From Pseudobdellovibrionaceae bacterium (GTDB lineage: Bacteria; Bdellovibrionota; Bdellovibrionia; Bdellovibrionales; Bdellovibrionaceae), in assembly GCA_044359815.1 (NCBI GenBank), contig JBIKLL010000003.1:32001-96000 (forward strand): 64,000 nucleotides of DNA, given 5' to 3'. The notes under the pieces were generated by a model. That model was not told the DNA's origin, did not search any database, and was given only the letters and a program-made list of their open reading frames with translations. Positions 39,530 through 49,044 of the stretch are shown here, piece by piece. Made by a program: the position numbers and the translations under genes. How positions within the stretch are numbered: position 1 is the first letter of the stretch; the number at the start of each line of letters is the position of its first letter.

Positions 39530-40744
39530 ATGATGCAAGAAACTTTCAGTCGCAAGACATTATTAGATAAAAAAAGTTTTAGTTTTCAAAAAATGCCTTC
39601 AGGAATTGATGGGTTTGGTAGGATTCGCAGTATCAAGGATTTGAGTCTGAGCATTGATGGCAAGAGTTTCGTACTAGATGACATGACAAAACTTTGTTCT
39701 TCGCAAGAAGAAATCGTTTTGCAATCTGTGTTTTTAAAAGAGCTATTATATCCAGGTGATTGTGTTGCATTGAAACTGAAGGATTCAAAAGTGCAATCGA
39801 TTTGGTTGCTTACGCCGAACATGTCACAGCAGCCTCAGCAAAAAAATCAACTGATGTATGAATGGTTCGGTTTTAAATCGCAATTGCGCGAATTTTTTCA
39901 AAAGCGCGGATTTTATGAGGTGCAAACGCCGACTTTGGTGAAAAATCCAGGCACAGAACCTTATTTGGATTTATTTAGCACCACCGAAATTAAGGGCGGA
40001 GTCAGCAAAAAATGGTATTTGCCAACCAGTCCTGAGATTGGACTTAAAAAATTGCTACTGCAGGATTATCGAAATCTGTTTGAAATGCGCCCGTGCTTTA
40101 GAAACAACGAGGACTCGGACCATCATTTGTCAGAGTTCTGGATGTTGGAATGGTACAGAACTTTTGCGACTTTGATGACCATCGAATATGACATCAAAGA
40201 AATGCTCAGACATTTTGCTCCCAGTGTGACCTTGGAAATCAAAACCATGGCTCAAATATTTAAGGACCATTTAGGTTTTAATCTGTCCCCGGCCACCAGT
40301 TATGAGGAACTGCAAAAACTAGCTAAGGAATTAAATCTGCACATTGATGGCATCGACAACTGGAATGATTTATTTCACCTGATATTTGTAGATAAATTAG
40401 AGCCCAAGGTTTCCAAGGGACCTATTATTATCAAAAACTATCCACCCAGTTTGTGTGCCTATGCACGAGTATCTGATGAGGGATGGGCTGAGCGTTTTGA
40501 GTTTTATTGGAATGGTCTTGAAATCGCCAATGCCTTTGAGGAGCTGACTGATCCAGAAGAACAGCTAAAACGATTTATGTCAGATCTGTCACTGAAGCAG
40601 AAATTGGGCAAAGAAATCCCCGAGCTGGATGAAGAGTTTTTGCAAACTATGCAGCGCGGACTGCCCCCTACCGGCGGCATCGCCATGGGGATGGAAAGAT
40701 TTTTTATGGCTTGGAAAGGCCTCAAAACCATCCGGTTTTATTAA
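39530..40744 (+). CDS. epmA: EF-P lysine aminoacylase (EpmA/GenX) with N-terminal extension
   Basis: EVQTP, PGTEPYL, YLPTSPE, CFRNNE..HHLSEFWMLEWY, ERFEFY, EIANAFEELTD, GGIAMGMER. Confidence 0.88.
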   Translation: MMQETFSRKTLLDKKSFSFQKMPSGIDGFGRIRSIKDLSLSIDGKSFVLDDMTKLCSSQEEIVLQSVFLKELLYPGDCVALKLKDSKVQSIWLLTPNMSQQPQQKNQLMYEWFGFKSQLREFFQKRGFYEVQTPTLVKNPGTEPYLDLFSTTEIKGGVSKKWYLPTSPEIGLKKLLLQDYRNLFEMRPCFRNNEDSDHHLSEFWMLEWYRTFATLMTIEYDIKEMLRHFAPSVTLEIKTMAQIFKDHLGFNLSPATSYEELQKLAKELNLHIDGIDNWNDLFHLIFVDKLEPKVSKGPIIIKNYPPSLCAYARVSDEGWAERFEFYWNGLEIANAFEELTDPEEQLKRFMSDLSLKQKLGKEIPELDEEFLQTMQRGLPPTGGIAMGMERFFMAWKGLKTIRFY

Positions 40745-40745
40745 A

Positions 40746-41633
40746 TCAGAGTTCAGATTTTACAGCTTTTTTTAATGTATTAAAGGTCTCGAGCAACCAT
40801 TTTTCGTGAGTCTGAGTGTACTCATAAAAAGCCATGGTGGTTTGATCAGACTTTTTGATATGAGACAAAATTCCAACCAAATATATCTGTTGAGTGTCTG
40901 GATAAATGGCAAACAAACCGCCGCCCGAATCACCAAAGGTAACTCGATTTTTTGAAATGCTGACCAAATACGGATGCTCATACATTTCGCCCAGATAAAA
41001 TCCTGTGATTCCGATTCTGAATTTTCCCACATCAAGGTCCTTAGGGCCCTTTTGACCGTAGCCACCAATTTTACCCACATAGATCGCGCCATTTTGTTCA
41101 AACTCGGGATTCAGCATTAATGTAGAAATATTGGAAGGTGTTCCAGAATATTCTAGCGAATTTTCCAACAGCAAAAGCGCAATGTCGTTTTTAGTGCTCT
41201 TGATTTGCCCAGGGGTCCCTTTTCCAGAAAATGGTTTCAGTTCAGCTTCGTAAAAAGGATGAATCACATATTTTGAAACAACTGATTTCAGATTGAACTC
41301 AGGTCCTGATTGAAATTTCACGTAGGCCGTGACTTCGTGAGCATTCACTCCAAAAGCTTGCACGCAATGTGCAGCTGTCAAAACAATCTGTGGGTGTATC
41401 AATGTTCCAGTGCAGTTTCCTTGCAGAAACTTTTTCTGGGATTCTTTGGCAAAGGGATCTTTAAATGAAGTGCTTAAAAAAACCGAAGTTCTAAAGACCA
41501 CATCATCGTCAGTGGGCACAATGCCATTGATAACGATTGGTTGAAACAGCGAAGGGGATTCCAGAAATCGGGGGGGCTGAGCAGCTGAACACAGAACGGG
41601 AAATAAAACTGATATAAATACTGAAAATTTCAT
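40746..41633 (-). CDS. Secreted trypsin-like (S1) serine protease
   Basis: CTGTLI, LTAAHC, NDIALL, GDSGG; signal peptide. Confidence 0.9.
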   Translation of the reverse strand: MKFSVFISVLFPVLCSAAQPPRFLESPSLFQPIVINGIVPTDDDVVFRTSVFLSTSFKDPFAKESQKKFLQGNCTGTLIHPQIVLTAAHCVQAFGVNAHEVTAYVKFQSGPEFNLKSVVSKYVIHPFYEAELKPFSGKGTPGQIKSTKNDIALLLLENSLEYSGTPSNISTLMLNPEFEQNGAIYVGKIGGYGQKGPKDLDVGKFRIGITGFYLGEMYEHPYLVSISKNRVTFGDSGGGLFAIYPDTQQIYLVGILSHIKKSDQTTMAFYEYTQTHEKWLLETFNTLKKAVKSEL

Positions 41634-42505
41634 AGCCTGTCCTGACTGGCGTCTGCAGTTGGAGTTGCAAAGGCAGTTTGTTTAGAGTGTTTTGCAAGCA
41701 CTGATCGAATCCAAGTTTGATAATTTTTTAAATATTCATAGGTGCTTTCGGTGGTTCCGTTGCGTGGAAAGACTGTTGATAAAACCCCGACCAATACCAC
41801 AACGTCTTCAATGGGATTGTCAGAAACGGCTTGAAAGTAAAAAAGCCCACTGCCTGAATCGCCAGAAAATCCCTCGGCACGCCCTTGTGACATCAAGAAA
41901 GATTTTTGATTAAAACTAACAATCTGAAAGTCAGTGATCGATTTTCTAAAATACCCCAGCTTTTTGTCTGTCGGTGATTTTTTTCCGTAGCCACCCAGGT
42001 AACCTTGGTATTCTTGGTTTTCTGCAATGACTGAAAACGGACCCACTGAAATGGGTTTGTTGGCAACTGGCGCAGGGGTTTTCAATATCAAAATCGCCAA
42101 GTCATTTTTAAGATCGTCGACCATGTCGGTTCCATCAACCAGTTTCATTTTAAATTCAGGGTGCATGAAGACCTTTTGAACGACTGAACTGAATTTGAAT
42201 CCAGACACTGTGTCTTGTTTAAACGAGGCTTTGATGTCTTGGGGTAAAGATTTTTTTTCAGACACACAGTGAGCTGCAGTTAAAACAACATTTGGTTGAA
42301 TCAAAATACCGCTGCAATAGCTTGAATATTTGTTTATTCCTTTGACCCTTTCAGAGGGGGCAATTTCAGATCTGTCATAAGTGATTTTTAAAAAAGCTGT
42401 GGCTCTAAAAATAGGGTCTTCAGCCAATGGGATTTGGCCGTTAAAAACAGCCAGGGCCAAGTGTGGAATTAGAGACAAAAATAAGGTCCAAATTATGGTT
42501 TTCAT
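41630..42505 (-). CDS. Secreted trypsin-like (S1) serine protease
   Basis: CSGILI, LTAAHC, NDLAIL, GDSGS; signal peptide. Confidence 0.9.
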   Translation of the reverse strand: MKTIIWTLFLSLIPHLALAVFNGQIPLAEDPIFRATAFLKITYDRSEIAPSERVKGINKYSSYCSGILIQPNVVLTAAHCVSEKKSLPQDIKASFKQDTVSGFKFSSVVQKVFMHPEFKMKLVDGTDMVDDLKNDLAILILKTPAPVANKPISVGPFSVIAENQEYQGYLGGYGKKSPTDKKLGYFRKSITDFQIVSFNQKSFLMSQGRAEGFSGDSGSGLFYFQAVSDNPIEDVVVLVGVLSTVFPRNGTTESTYEYLKNYQTWIRSVLAKHSKQTAFATPTADASQDRL

Positions 42506-42622
42506 CAATGAATCTAAGGATACAAAAAACAAGCCCAGGCAGCTTAAATCAGAGCCCTTTACAGAGGGGATTTAGGGGTGTTTTCCGAAAATTGTTAGTC
42601 TTTGTTAAAAACTTTTACAGAG

Positions 42623-42904
42623 CTATTTAGGGTTATTGATTTCGTCTTTAAGCTCTTTGCCCACTTTAAAAAATGGCAGCTTTTTTTCATCCACGCTGAT
42701 GACTTCGCCGGTCCTGGGATTTCGGCCTTTGTAAGCATCGTATTTGCGATTTACAAATGATCCGAAACCTCTTATTTCGATGCGATCGTCGCGCATAAGG
42801 GCTTCAACCATTGAATCAAAAATCGTGTTTACTACGGTCTCTGCCTTCACTCTGGTGATAGAGGCTTTTTCAGATATCAAATTTATCAAATCAGCTTTTG
42901 TCAT
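42623..42904 (-). CDS. ihfB: HU/IHF family DNA-binding protein (IHF-beta-like)
   Basis: MTKADLI, RIEIRGFGSF, GRNPRTGE, PFFKVGKELK. Confidence 0.85.
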   Translation of the reverse strand: MTKADLINLISEKASITRVKAETVVNTIFDSMVEALMRDDRIEIRGFGSFVNRKYDAYKGRNPRTGEVISVDEKKLPFFKVGKELKDEINNPK

Positions 42905-43020
42905 GCCTGTTCCCTTTTTACCAGTCTGTATAAACTGGCGAAATGACTTATCTTAATGTAGCCAAAACATTTGTGTTCGACCAGAACTGGAATGATCTTG
43001 GCACATCGTCTCACAAAAAT

Positions 43021-44304
43021 TTATACTTCAGCTGTTCTTTGGTCTGGACTGATTAGGGCTTTTTTACTGATTTTCCGCTTAAACAGGATTTGCCGGTAGC
43101 TTGACTCCAGTGAACTGACCATTTTTTTTGTATCAAAAAGGTTGACGATCTTGTTTCTTGCTTTGCTGCCAATTTCATCAATGGACATATTGCCCGAAAA
43201 TATCTCAACCAACAGGTTCGTCAGCGATTCGGTATCTGCAGGTCTTAATAAAAATCCATCGATGCCGTCTTCAACAACATCTGCAATCGGGCTCATTTCA
43301 GATCCAACGATCACTTTCTTTTGTGCCATGGCCTCGATCATCGAGGGTTCAAAACCCGAAGTTCTTGAGCTCATATTCACATAAACATCACTGACCGAAA
43401 TCATATCAAAAATTTCGCCGGGACTCAGAGCCCCTGTCATTACCACTCGGTTACCCAACGCCAAATTTAAAACAGCGGCTTCGATTTGCTTCCAACTGGG
43501 GCCGTTTCCGACAATCAACATATAGGCCTTTGGCTTTTTAATTGCGACTTTTTCAAAGGACTGAATCAGATTGACGACCTCTGCAGGCTCCATCATGTCA
43601 GTGATGGTTAAAACCACATTAGAATATTCGGGAATATTTAATCGCTTTTTGATTTCAAAGGATTGCTCCTTCGGAGTCAAATCACCCAGTTCAATACCAT
43701 AAGGTACAGTGTAGGTGTGAAAATCAGGGTACAGATAATACCGTTCTAAAAACGTTCGTTGCAATGGCGAGGTCACAAAAATACCATCTGCGTGTTTTAA
43801 GATTTCGCGATCTTGAGAAAAATAAGTCGTCAGAAATTTATAGCTAACTGCGATCCCAGTTGATATCAAGCTCTTCAAATTTTCCTGAACCATCCCTAAA
43901 ATTGAAAACACCTGTGACATCTGGGTGGCTTCAACGTCAAAGGCCACGGCCAGATTATATTTTCTTTTTACCAGGGCAATTTCTTTGGCCGAGGCATCCA
44001 TACTGTGAACGATTTGAAAATTAAACTGGGAATGAATCTCGATAAATTTCTTCAAAGCAGCTTTGGGAAAGGGCATGTGCGAAAAATTAGGATAGCCCTC
44101 GAACAGATAAAAAACCTTCACTCCATCACGATCGATTTCTTGCTTGCCGATAGGGCTGTGGCCCGAAATCACAACAACTTTGTGGCCCTTCTGTGCCAGT
44201 CCTCTGGCGATGGGCCACAAAAAACCCGTATCAGTGACCCTCCCCTGTATGGGGAAGTTTTGCGAAATCAAACAAATTGATAAGGGTTCAACCGCTGTTG
44301 CCAA
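43021..44304 (-). CDS. GT4 family glycosyltransferase
   Basis: IARGLAQKGHKV, LIVGNG, IEAMAQKK, VVEDGIDGFL. Confidence 0.85.
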   Translation of the reverse strand: MATAVEPLSICLISQNFPIQGRVTDTGFLWPIARGLAQKGHKVVVISGHSPIGKQEIDRDGVKVFYLFEGYPNFSHMPFPKAALKKFIEIHSQFNFQIVHSMDASAKEIALVKRKYNLAVAFDVEATQMSQVFSILGMVQENLKSLISTGIAVSYKFLTTYFSQDREILKHADGIFVTSPLQRTFLERYYLYPDFHTYTVPYGIELGDLTPKEQSFEIKKRLNIPEYSNVVLTITDMMEPAEVVNLIQSFEKVAIKKPKAYMLIVGNGPSWKQIEAAVLNLALGNRVVMTGALSPGEIFDMISVSDVYVNMSSRTSGFEPSMIEAMAQKKVIVGSEMSPIADVVEDGIDGFLLRPADTESLTNLLVEIFSGNMSIDEIGSKARNKIVNLFDTKKMVSSLESSYRQILFKRKISKKALISPDQRTAEV

Positions 44305-44306
44305 AT

Positions 44307-45143
44307 TTATAAGTTTCTGGATAGACCAATCTGTAAAACAGTCTCGTCCTTCACCACAGGGATAGTTCTGTTTTCACCAGAAATGGAACCATTGATTTTG
44401 GTTTCAGTGTCTAAGGCATACGATGCAAATATTTTTGATTTGTACTGATTGTCAGCTTCGCCACCGATCATTTTAAAGGGATCTCCATTGGGCCTTGCCA
44501 CTGCCAATTCAACACCAGCTGATGCTGATTTTGTAATAGGCAATTCAAAGTTTGCGCTGATTCCATAAATTCTTTCGTTGGCTTTAGTGGCAGTGTAACC
44601 TTCCATAAAAGCTTTTGCTGTAAAAGCAGCTTGATCCAAATAGGTTTCAACACCCACAAATGGTGCAAAGGATGAATAACCTTCAAAATTATTTCCTGAC
44701 TCTTTGTAGAACAAATTTCTGTTGCCATCATAAACCACTAACGGATCACGTTTTGATCCTGGTGAAACCTGAGTGTTGATTCCAAAAATCAAAGTCGCAG
44801 GTTCATAAACCACTCCGCCTTTGTAATTGAGCGAAAATCCGCGCAGGCCTGTGATTCTGTGGAACTCGCCCGAATTATCATAGGTGATTTCGCGATTTAA
44901 AAAATTGGCTCCAAAGGAAAACTGATGTGTTTCCATCAAAGTTCTGTTGTACACCAATTCGTAAGATTGCCATTTTTCGGTGCGAGCATTTAGTGAATCG
45001 CTGGCGTTGACGAAACCAATGTTTAAATCAACCAAGCCTAGATTTTGTTTTTGGTTGGCGATAAAACGGCTTTCAACGGCACTAGCCGCACCGGCGCAAA
45101 AAATTAACGAAACCGTCAAACTGACCTTCTTAATGAAATTCAT
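44307..45143 (-). CDS. Putative outer-membrane beta-barrel protein
   Basis: Signal peptide (AASA), alternating hydrophobic strands, ends LQIGLSRNL. Confidence 0.6.
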   Translation of the reverse strand: MNFIKKVSLTVSLIFCAGAASAVESRFIANQKQNLGLVDLNIGFVNASDSLNARTEKWQSYELVYNRTLMETHQFSFGANFLNREITYDNSGEFHRITGLRGFSLNYKGGVVYEPATLIFGINTQVSPGSKRDPLVVYDGNRNLFYKESGNNFEGYSSFAPFVGVETYLDQAAFTAKAFMEGYTATKANERIYGISANFELPITKSASAGVELAVARPNGDPFKMIGGEADNQYKSKIFASYALDTETKINGSISGENRTIPVVKDETVLQIGLSRNL

Positions 45144-45248
45144 TTTTCCCCCTTGAAAAAAAAGCCCTCTGCTTTTGTAATTAAATAGATACTGTCAGAC
45201 CCAGTTAAGCATTTCAATGCCAGGGTAAAATCTATGTCAAAAATAAAT

Positions 45249-46304
45249 TCAGTTTCGCAATGTCCCAATAGACAGTGATTTTTGATAAATTCTGTTCAGT
45301 TCGTTTATTGAGGAATCAAACAAATCCACATTGATTTGATTGTCACGATTTTTAAGCTCATTTTTAAGACTGGAAATGCTGCCGATTGCTTGCTCCAAAT
45401 CGCTCAGATCCGAGCTCAGTACCCAGCCTGTGCGACGGTCAGCAACCAATCCATGCAAAAGGGATTGTTGGATTGAATCCACCATCAATGGACTGACTGT
45501 CAATTGACTCAGCTGTCTGAACTTCACTAATTCACCGATACTTAAATCAAATCCAGCAATCCAACAGGCTTGTGCGTTGAGGTATAAATAAGTTTCCTCG
45601 GTCGAGGACAAATTATTTCCCATGTAATAAAAGTTTTTCTTGGCTTTGCTGGGTCTGGAAGCCAGCACAATAAAACTGTAATCCAGCAGATGCCCCTTTA
45701 GCTTGTCTTTCAGATCTTCGCTTGGATCAAAAGGCAATATTAAATAAGGTTTTGTATTTTGAACTAATTTTTTAACATCACCTATGGATCCCGAATCAAT
45801 TTCAGACAAATTGATTTGATAATTTTTAAGTGGAGGAATGATTGCTGTGTCAGCGGTTTTCATCCATTTGTGATACCGATTAAAATACAGCAGTTGCTGT
45901 CGGGTTGAAACGGTGGCCGCTGACAATTGCCGTAAAAACAAAAATAAATTAGCACTTCTGAATTTTCCAAACGGGAAAAAGAAACTGGCAACATTGCATC
46001 GATGGGGCAGGGCCTCCTGAAATGTCGACAGCACTAAATGGGCAGGTGTAATTTTGACCTTAGGGCTGTCAAAAATAAAATGAACAACGTCAAAATGGTA
46101 ATGCAAAAACTGAGGCAAAAATCTGAGCCCTTCTATAAGGGTCCATTTTTCAAAATACGCCAAAATCGGAAACGGAAAAGACTTTATAGCTGGCAGGTTT
46201 TTTTTAGTGATGACCAAGACGTCTTGTTTTTGGTTGTACAATGACATCGCCAAGGTCTGCGTGCTTTCAGAAAAATCCTTACAGACTAAAGCTATTTTGG
46301 CCAT
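45249..46304 (-). CDS. Divergent GT-B fold glycosyltransferase-like protein
   Basis: MAKIALV, DVLVIT, FDVVHF, LVADRRTGWV GT4-like remnants. Confidence 0.5.
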   Translation of the reverse strand: MAKIALVCKDFSESTQTLAMSLYNQKQDVLVITKKNLPAIKSFPFPILAYFEKWTLIEGLRFLPQFLHYHFDVVHFIFDSPKVKITPAHLVLSTFQEALPHRCNVASFFFPFGKFRSANLFLFLRQLSAATVSTRQQLLYFNRYHKWMKTADTAIIPPLKNYQINLSEIDSGSIGDVKKLVQNTKPYLILPFDPSEDLKDKLKGHLLDYSFIVLASRPSKAKKNFYYMGNNLSSTEETYLYLNAQACWIAGFDLSIGELVKFRQLSQLTVSPLMVDSIQQSLLHGLVADRRTGWVLSSDLSDLEQAIGSISSLKNELKNRDNQINVDLFDSSINELNRIYQKSLSIGTLRN

Positions 46305-46738
46305 GTGCCACCAATCAGCTTCAGCAATCGATCCAATATTTTGCGATTGGCCTCTGGGATGCTGCGATTTTTAAGCTCTTCGGGTAAAATCCATTCAATC
46401 ATCATATGGTGTTTGGGTTTGGGTTCACCCTTCCAAAACAGAATTTCATAAAACAAAATCAAAATATTCACATCACCGTAGGACTGCGTGATCGACAATT
46501 TTATTTCGCCAACTTCGGCGTCGATGCCCAGTTCTTCCTTCAGCTCACGGTGCAGAGCCTGCTCAGGTGTTTCGCCTTTTTCAATTTTGCCACCGGGGAA
46601 TTCCCACTGACCGGCCAGCGAATTGTTTTCAGGGCGTTGGCCTACCAGAATCATATTACCCTTTTTTATAAAACCTGCGACGACGGGGATCCAGTGGGCT
46701 TTCTTAAGTCTGCTTTTTGAATTCTGTGAATCGGTCAT
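46292..46738 (-). CDS. mutT: MutT-like Nudix hydrolase
   Basis: WEFPGGKIEKGETPEQALHRELKEELG Nudix box, PEAN. Confidence 0.85.
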   Translation of the reverse strand: MTDSQNSKSRLKKAHWIPVVAGFIKKGNMILVGQRPENNSLAGQWEFPGGKIEKGETPEQALHRELKEELGIDAEVGEIKLSITQSYGDVNILILFYEILFWKGEPKPKHHMMIEWILPEELKNRSIPEANRKILDRLLKLIGGTWPK

Positions 46739-47730
46739 AACTGACGATCCTTTGCAGGTGTGAAATGATCATAGCATTGCTGGAAAAAATAAGGGCCATT
46801 AAAAACCAAACCACTGTACGATTGCACTAAATCAGCTCCCAGATCCAATCTGATTTTGACCTCTGAACAATCAGTCACTCCACCCACTGAAACCAGCAAA
46901 AAATCTTTGCGCCGATCGCCTAACAGACGGTGAGCCGTTGATAATTTATTTCTGGAAATTTCTTTCAAACAAGAGCCCGACAAACCGCCCTCGGTGGGAA
47001 AATCCGGTGCATTGATTCGACTGGTGGTGGTGTTGGTTAAAATAAACCCACCGATTTTGTAACTGATGCCTAAATTGACTGTGTCACTAAAATCTTGTTC
47101 AGATAAATCAGGGCTCAGTTTCACAAAAACCGGCCGGGATCCTACGGTTTCCATCACGGACTCAATAATAGTTTTCAAACCGTCGGCTTTTTGCAATACC
47201 CGCAGATCTTTGGTGTTTGGTGAACTGACATTGATTACAAAAGCATCTGCGATGGGATTCAATCTTTCAGCAGCAGCGGCATAGTCCCTGTGTGATTCAT
47301 CGTTAGGTGTTTGACGGTTTTTACCGATATTAACAAACAAAGGAAGCTTCAAATCCTCTTGTTGTCTGAGGACATTAAATAAAACTTCATCAGCTCCATC
47401 GTTTGGAAAACCCATTTTGTTCCACAGCAAATTTTTTTGCCAATCACGATCGATGATTTTACCCGGGTTTGGTTTTTGTGCCAATGGTGTCACTGTGCCA
47501 ATTTCTAAAAAACCACAACCCAGTCTCTGCCAATCTAAAATATTAACGGCATTTTTATCAACACCACCAGCTATTCCCAATCGGTTTCTGAAATACAATC
47601 CCTTCCAATAAAAATCATTCCACACAAAATCACAATTGGGGTCAGCCTTTACAAAGGGCAAAACTGCGGGCGCAAGCCAATGCCCCCATTGTGCCGGGAT
47701 GAATTTAAATGTTTCAAAAAATTTATTCAT
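46735..47730 (-). CDS. pyrD: Dihydroorotate dehydrogenase (quinone, class 2)
   Basis: GIAGGVDKN, EIGTVTP, NKMGFPNDG, NIGKN, NVSSPNT, VKLSPD, TNTT, GGLSG; TAATG coupling to gdhA. Confidence 0.93.
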   Translation of the reverse strand: MNKFFETFKFIPAQWGHWLAPAVLPFVKADPNCDFVWNDFYWKGLYFRNRLGIAGGVDKNAVNILDWQRLGCGFLEIGTVTPLAQKPNPGKIIDRDWQKNLLWNKMGFPNDGADEVLFNVLRQQEDLKLPLFVNIGKNRQTPNDESHRDYAAAAERLNPIADAFVINVSSPNTKDLRVLQKADGLKTIIESVMETVGSRPVFVKLSPDLSEQDFSDTVNLGISYKIGGFILTNTTTSRINAPDFPTEGGLSGSCLKEISRNKLSTAHRLLGDRRKDFLLVSVGGVTDCSEVKIRLDLGADLVQSYSGLVFNGPYFFQQCYDHFTPAKDRQL

Positions 47731-49019
47731 TATCTTGGGTACAGTCCACGCAGAAGCATTGCTTTTTCCAGTCTGGCAACAGCCACAGCCATCGCTGCAG
47801 TTCGCATGTCGACGTTTTTTTCTTTCGACAGGGTAAAGCACTTTTCAAATGCAGGGACTATGATGTCGCGAAGTTTTTCGTTGATTTCTTTTTCGCTCCA
47901 AAAAAACGACATGGTATCTTGCACCCACTCAAAATAACTGACAACCACACCACCGCCATTGGCGACGATATCAGGAACTACGAAAATCCCTTTTTTGTGC
48001 AAAATTTTGGTAGCGTTATTGGTCACAGGTCCATTGGCGCCTTCGACGATCATTTTAGTTTTAAGTTTTTCGGCATTATTTGAATCAATGACTCCTTCAA
48101 GAGCACAAGGCAACAGGGCATCGCATTCCAGCTCGATCAAAGCTTCGTTGGTGATTTTTTGAGTTTTCGGAAATCCTGTTACGACTTTGTTGTTCTTAAC
48201 AAACTCAATCAGTTCAGGAATATTTAATCCATCACCATTAAAAATTCCACCACTGACATCGGACACGGCTAAAACTTTGGCGCCCCTCTCATAGGCATAA
48301 AGTGCTGCATGAGAACCCACATTACCAAATCCTTGAATCACGATTTTTGATCCCTTGATAGATTTGCCGATTTTTTCAAATGCTTTTTCAGTCACGTAAA
48401 TCACGCCTAATCCTGTGGCACCAGCGCGACCAAGTGAACCTCCAATTTCAACGGGCTTTCCAGTCACCACTCCGGGTACGAAATATCCCTGTTCCTGCGA
48501 ATAAGTATCCATCATCCATGCCATTGTTTGTGGATCTGTTCCCACATCAGGTGCAGGGATGTCGACTTGAGGTCCAATAAAAGGTCCTAATTCAGAAGTG
48601 TATCTGCGAGTTAAATTTTGTTTTTCAGTGCGCGACAGTTTTGTGGGATCAACAGTGATCCCGCCTTTACCGCCACCATAGGGTAAACCCATCACCGAAT
48701 TTTTGATTGTCATCAAACAAGCCAAGCCAACGACTTCACCCATATCAACATTTTGATGGTATCTGATTCCGCCTTTGAAAGGTCCCAGCGTTGAATTGTA
48801 CTGCACTCGGTATCCTGTAAAAACTTTGACTGTGTAATCGTCCATTCTGACTGGGACGGCAACAGCCAAACAGCGTTTTGGTTTTTGCAACCTTGCCATA
48901 ACATTTTTGTCACAGTTTATCAGTGTACCGGCTTCTTCGATGGCTTTAAGTGCGTTCGTAAAAAGGGGATGTGTTAAATGATGATCAACGGCTTGCGAAG
49001 TGTGTTGAACCTCTGGCAT
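47730..49019 (-). CDS. gdhA: Glu/Leu/Phe/Val dehydrogenase (glutamate dehydrogenase)
   Basis: GPFKGGIRY, GGGKGG, DIPAPDVGT, VTGKP, QGFGNVG, EGANGP, VSYFEWVQ; SD AAAGGA. Confidence 0.93.
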   Translation of the reverse strand: MPEVQHTSQAVDHHLTHPLFTNALKAIEEAGTLINCDKNVMARLQKPKRCLAVAVPVRMDDYTVKVFTGYRVQYNSTLGPFKGGIRYHQNVDMGEVVGLACLMTIKNSVMGLPYGGGKGGITVDPTKLSRTEKQNLTRRYTSELGPFIGPQVDIPAPDVGTDPQTMAWMMDTYSQEQGYFVPGVVTGKPVEIGGSLGRAGATGLGVIYVTEKAFEKIGKSIKGSKIVIQGFGNVGSHAALYAYERGAKVLAVSDVSGGIFNGDGLNIPELIEFVKNNKVVTGFPKTQKITNEALIELECDALLPCALEGVIDSNNAEKLKTKMIVEGANGPVTNNATKILHKKGIFVVPDIVANGGGVVVSYFEWVQDTMSFFWSEKEINEKLRDIIVPAFEKCFTLSKEKNVDMRTAAMAVAVARLEKAMLLRGLYPR

Positions 49020-49044
49020 ATAAGTCCTTTCGTTTAATAGGACT

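Noticed and set aside
47731..47841. Cys-rich N-terminal extension of pyrD
   Set aside because: Alternate-frame overlap with the gdhA 3' end; TAATG coupling at 47730 gives a better start.
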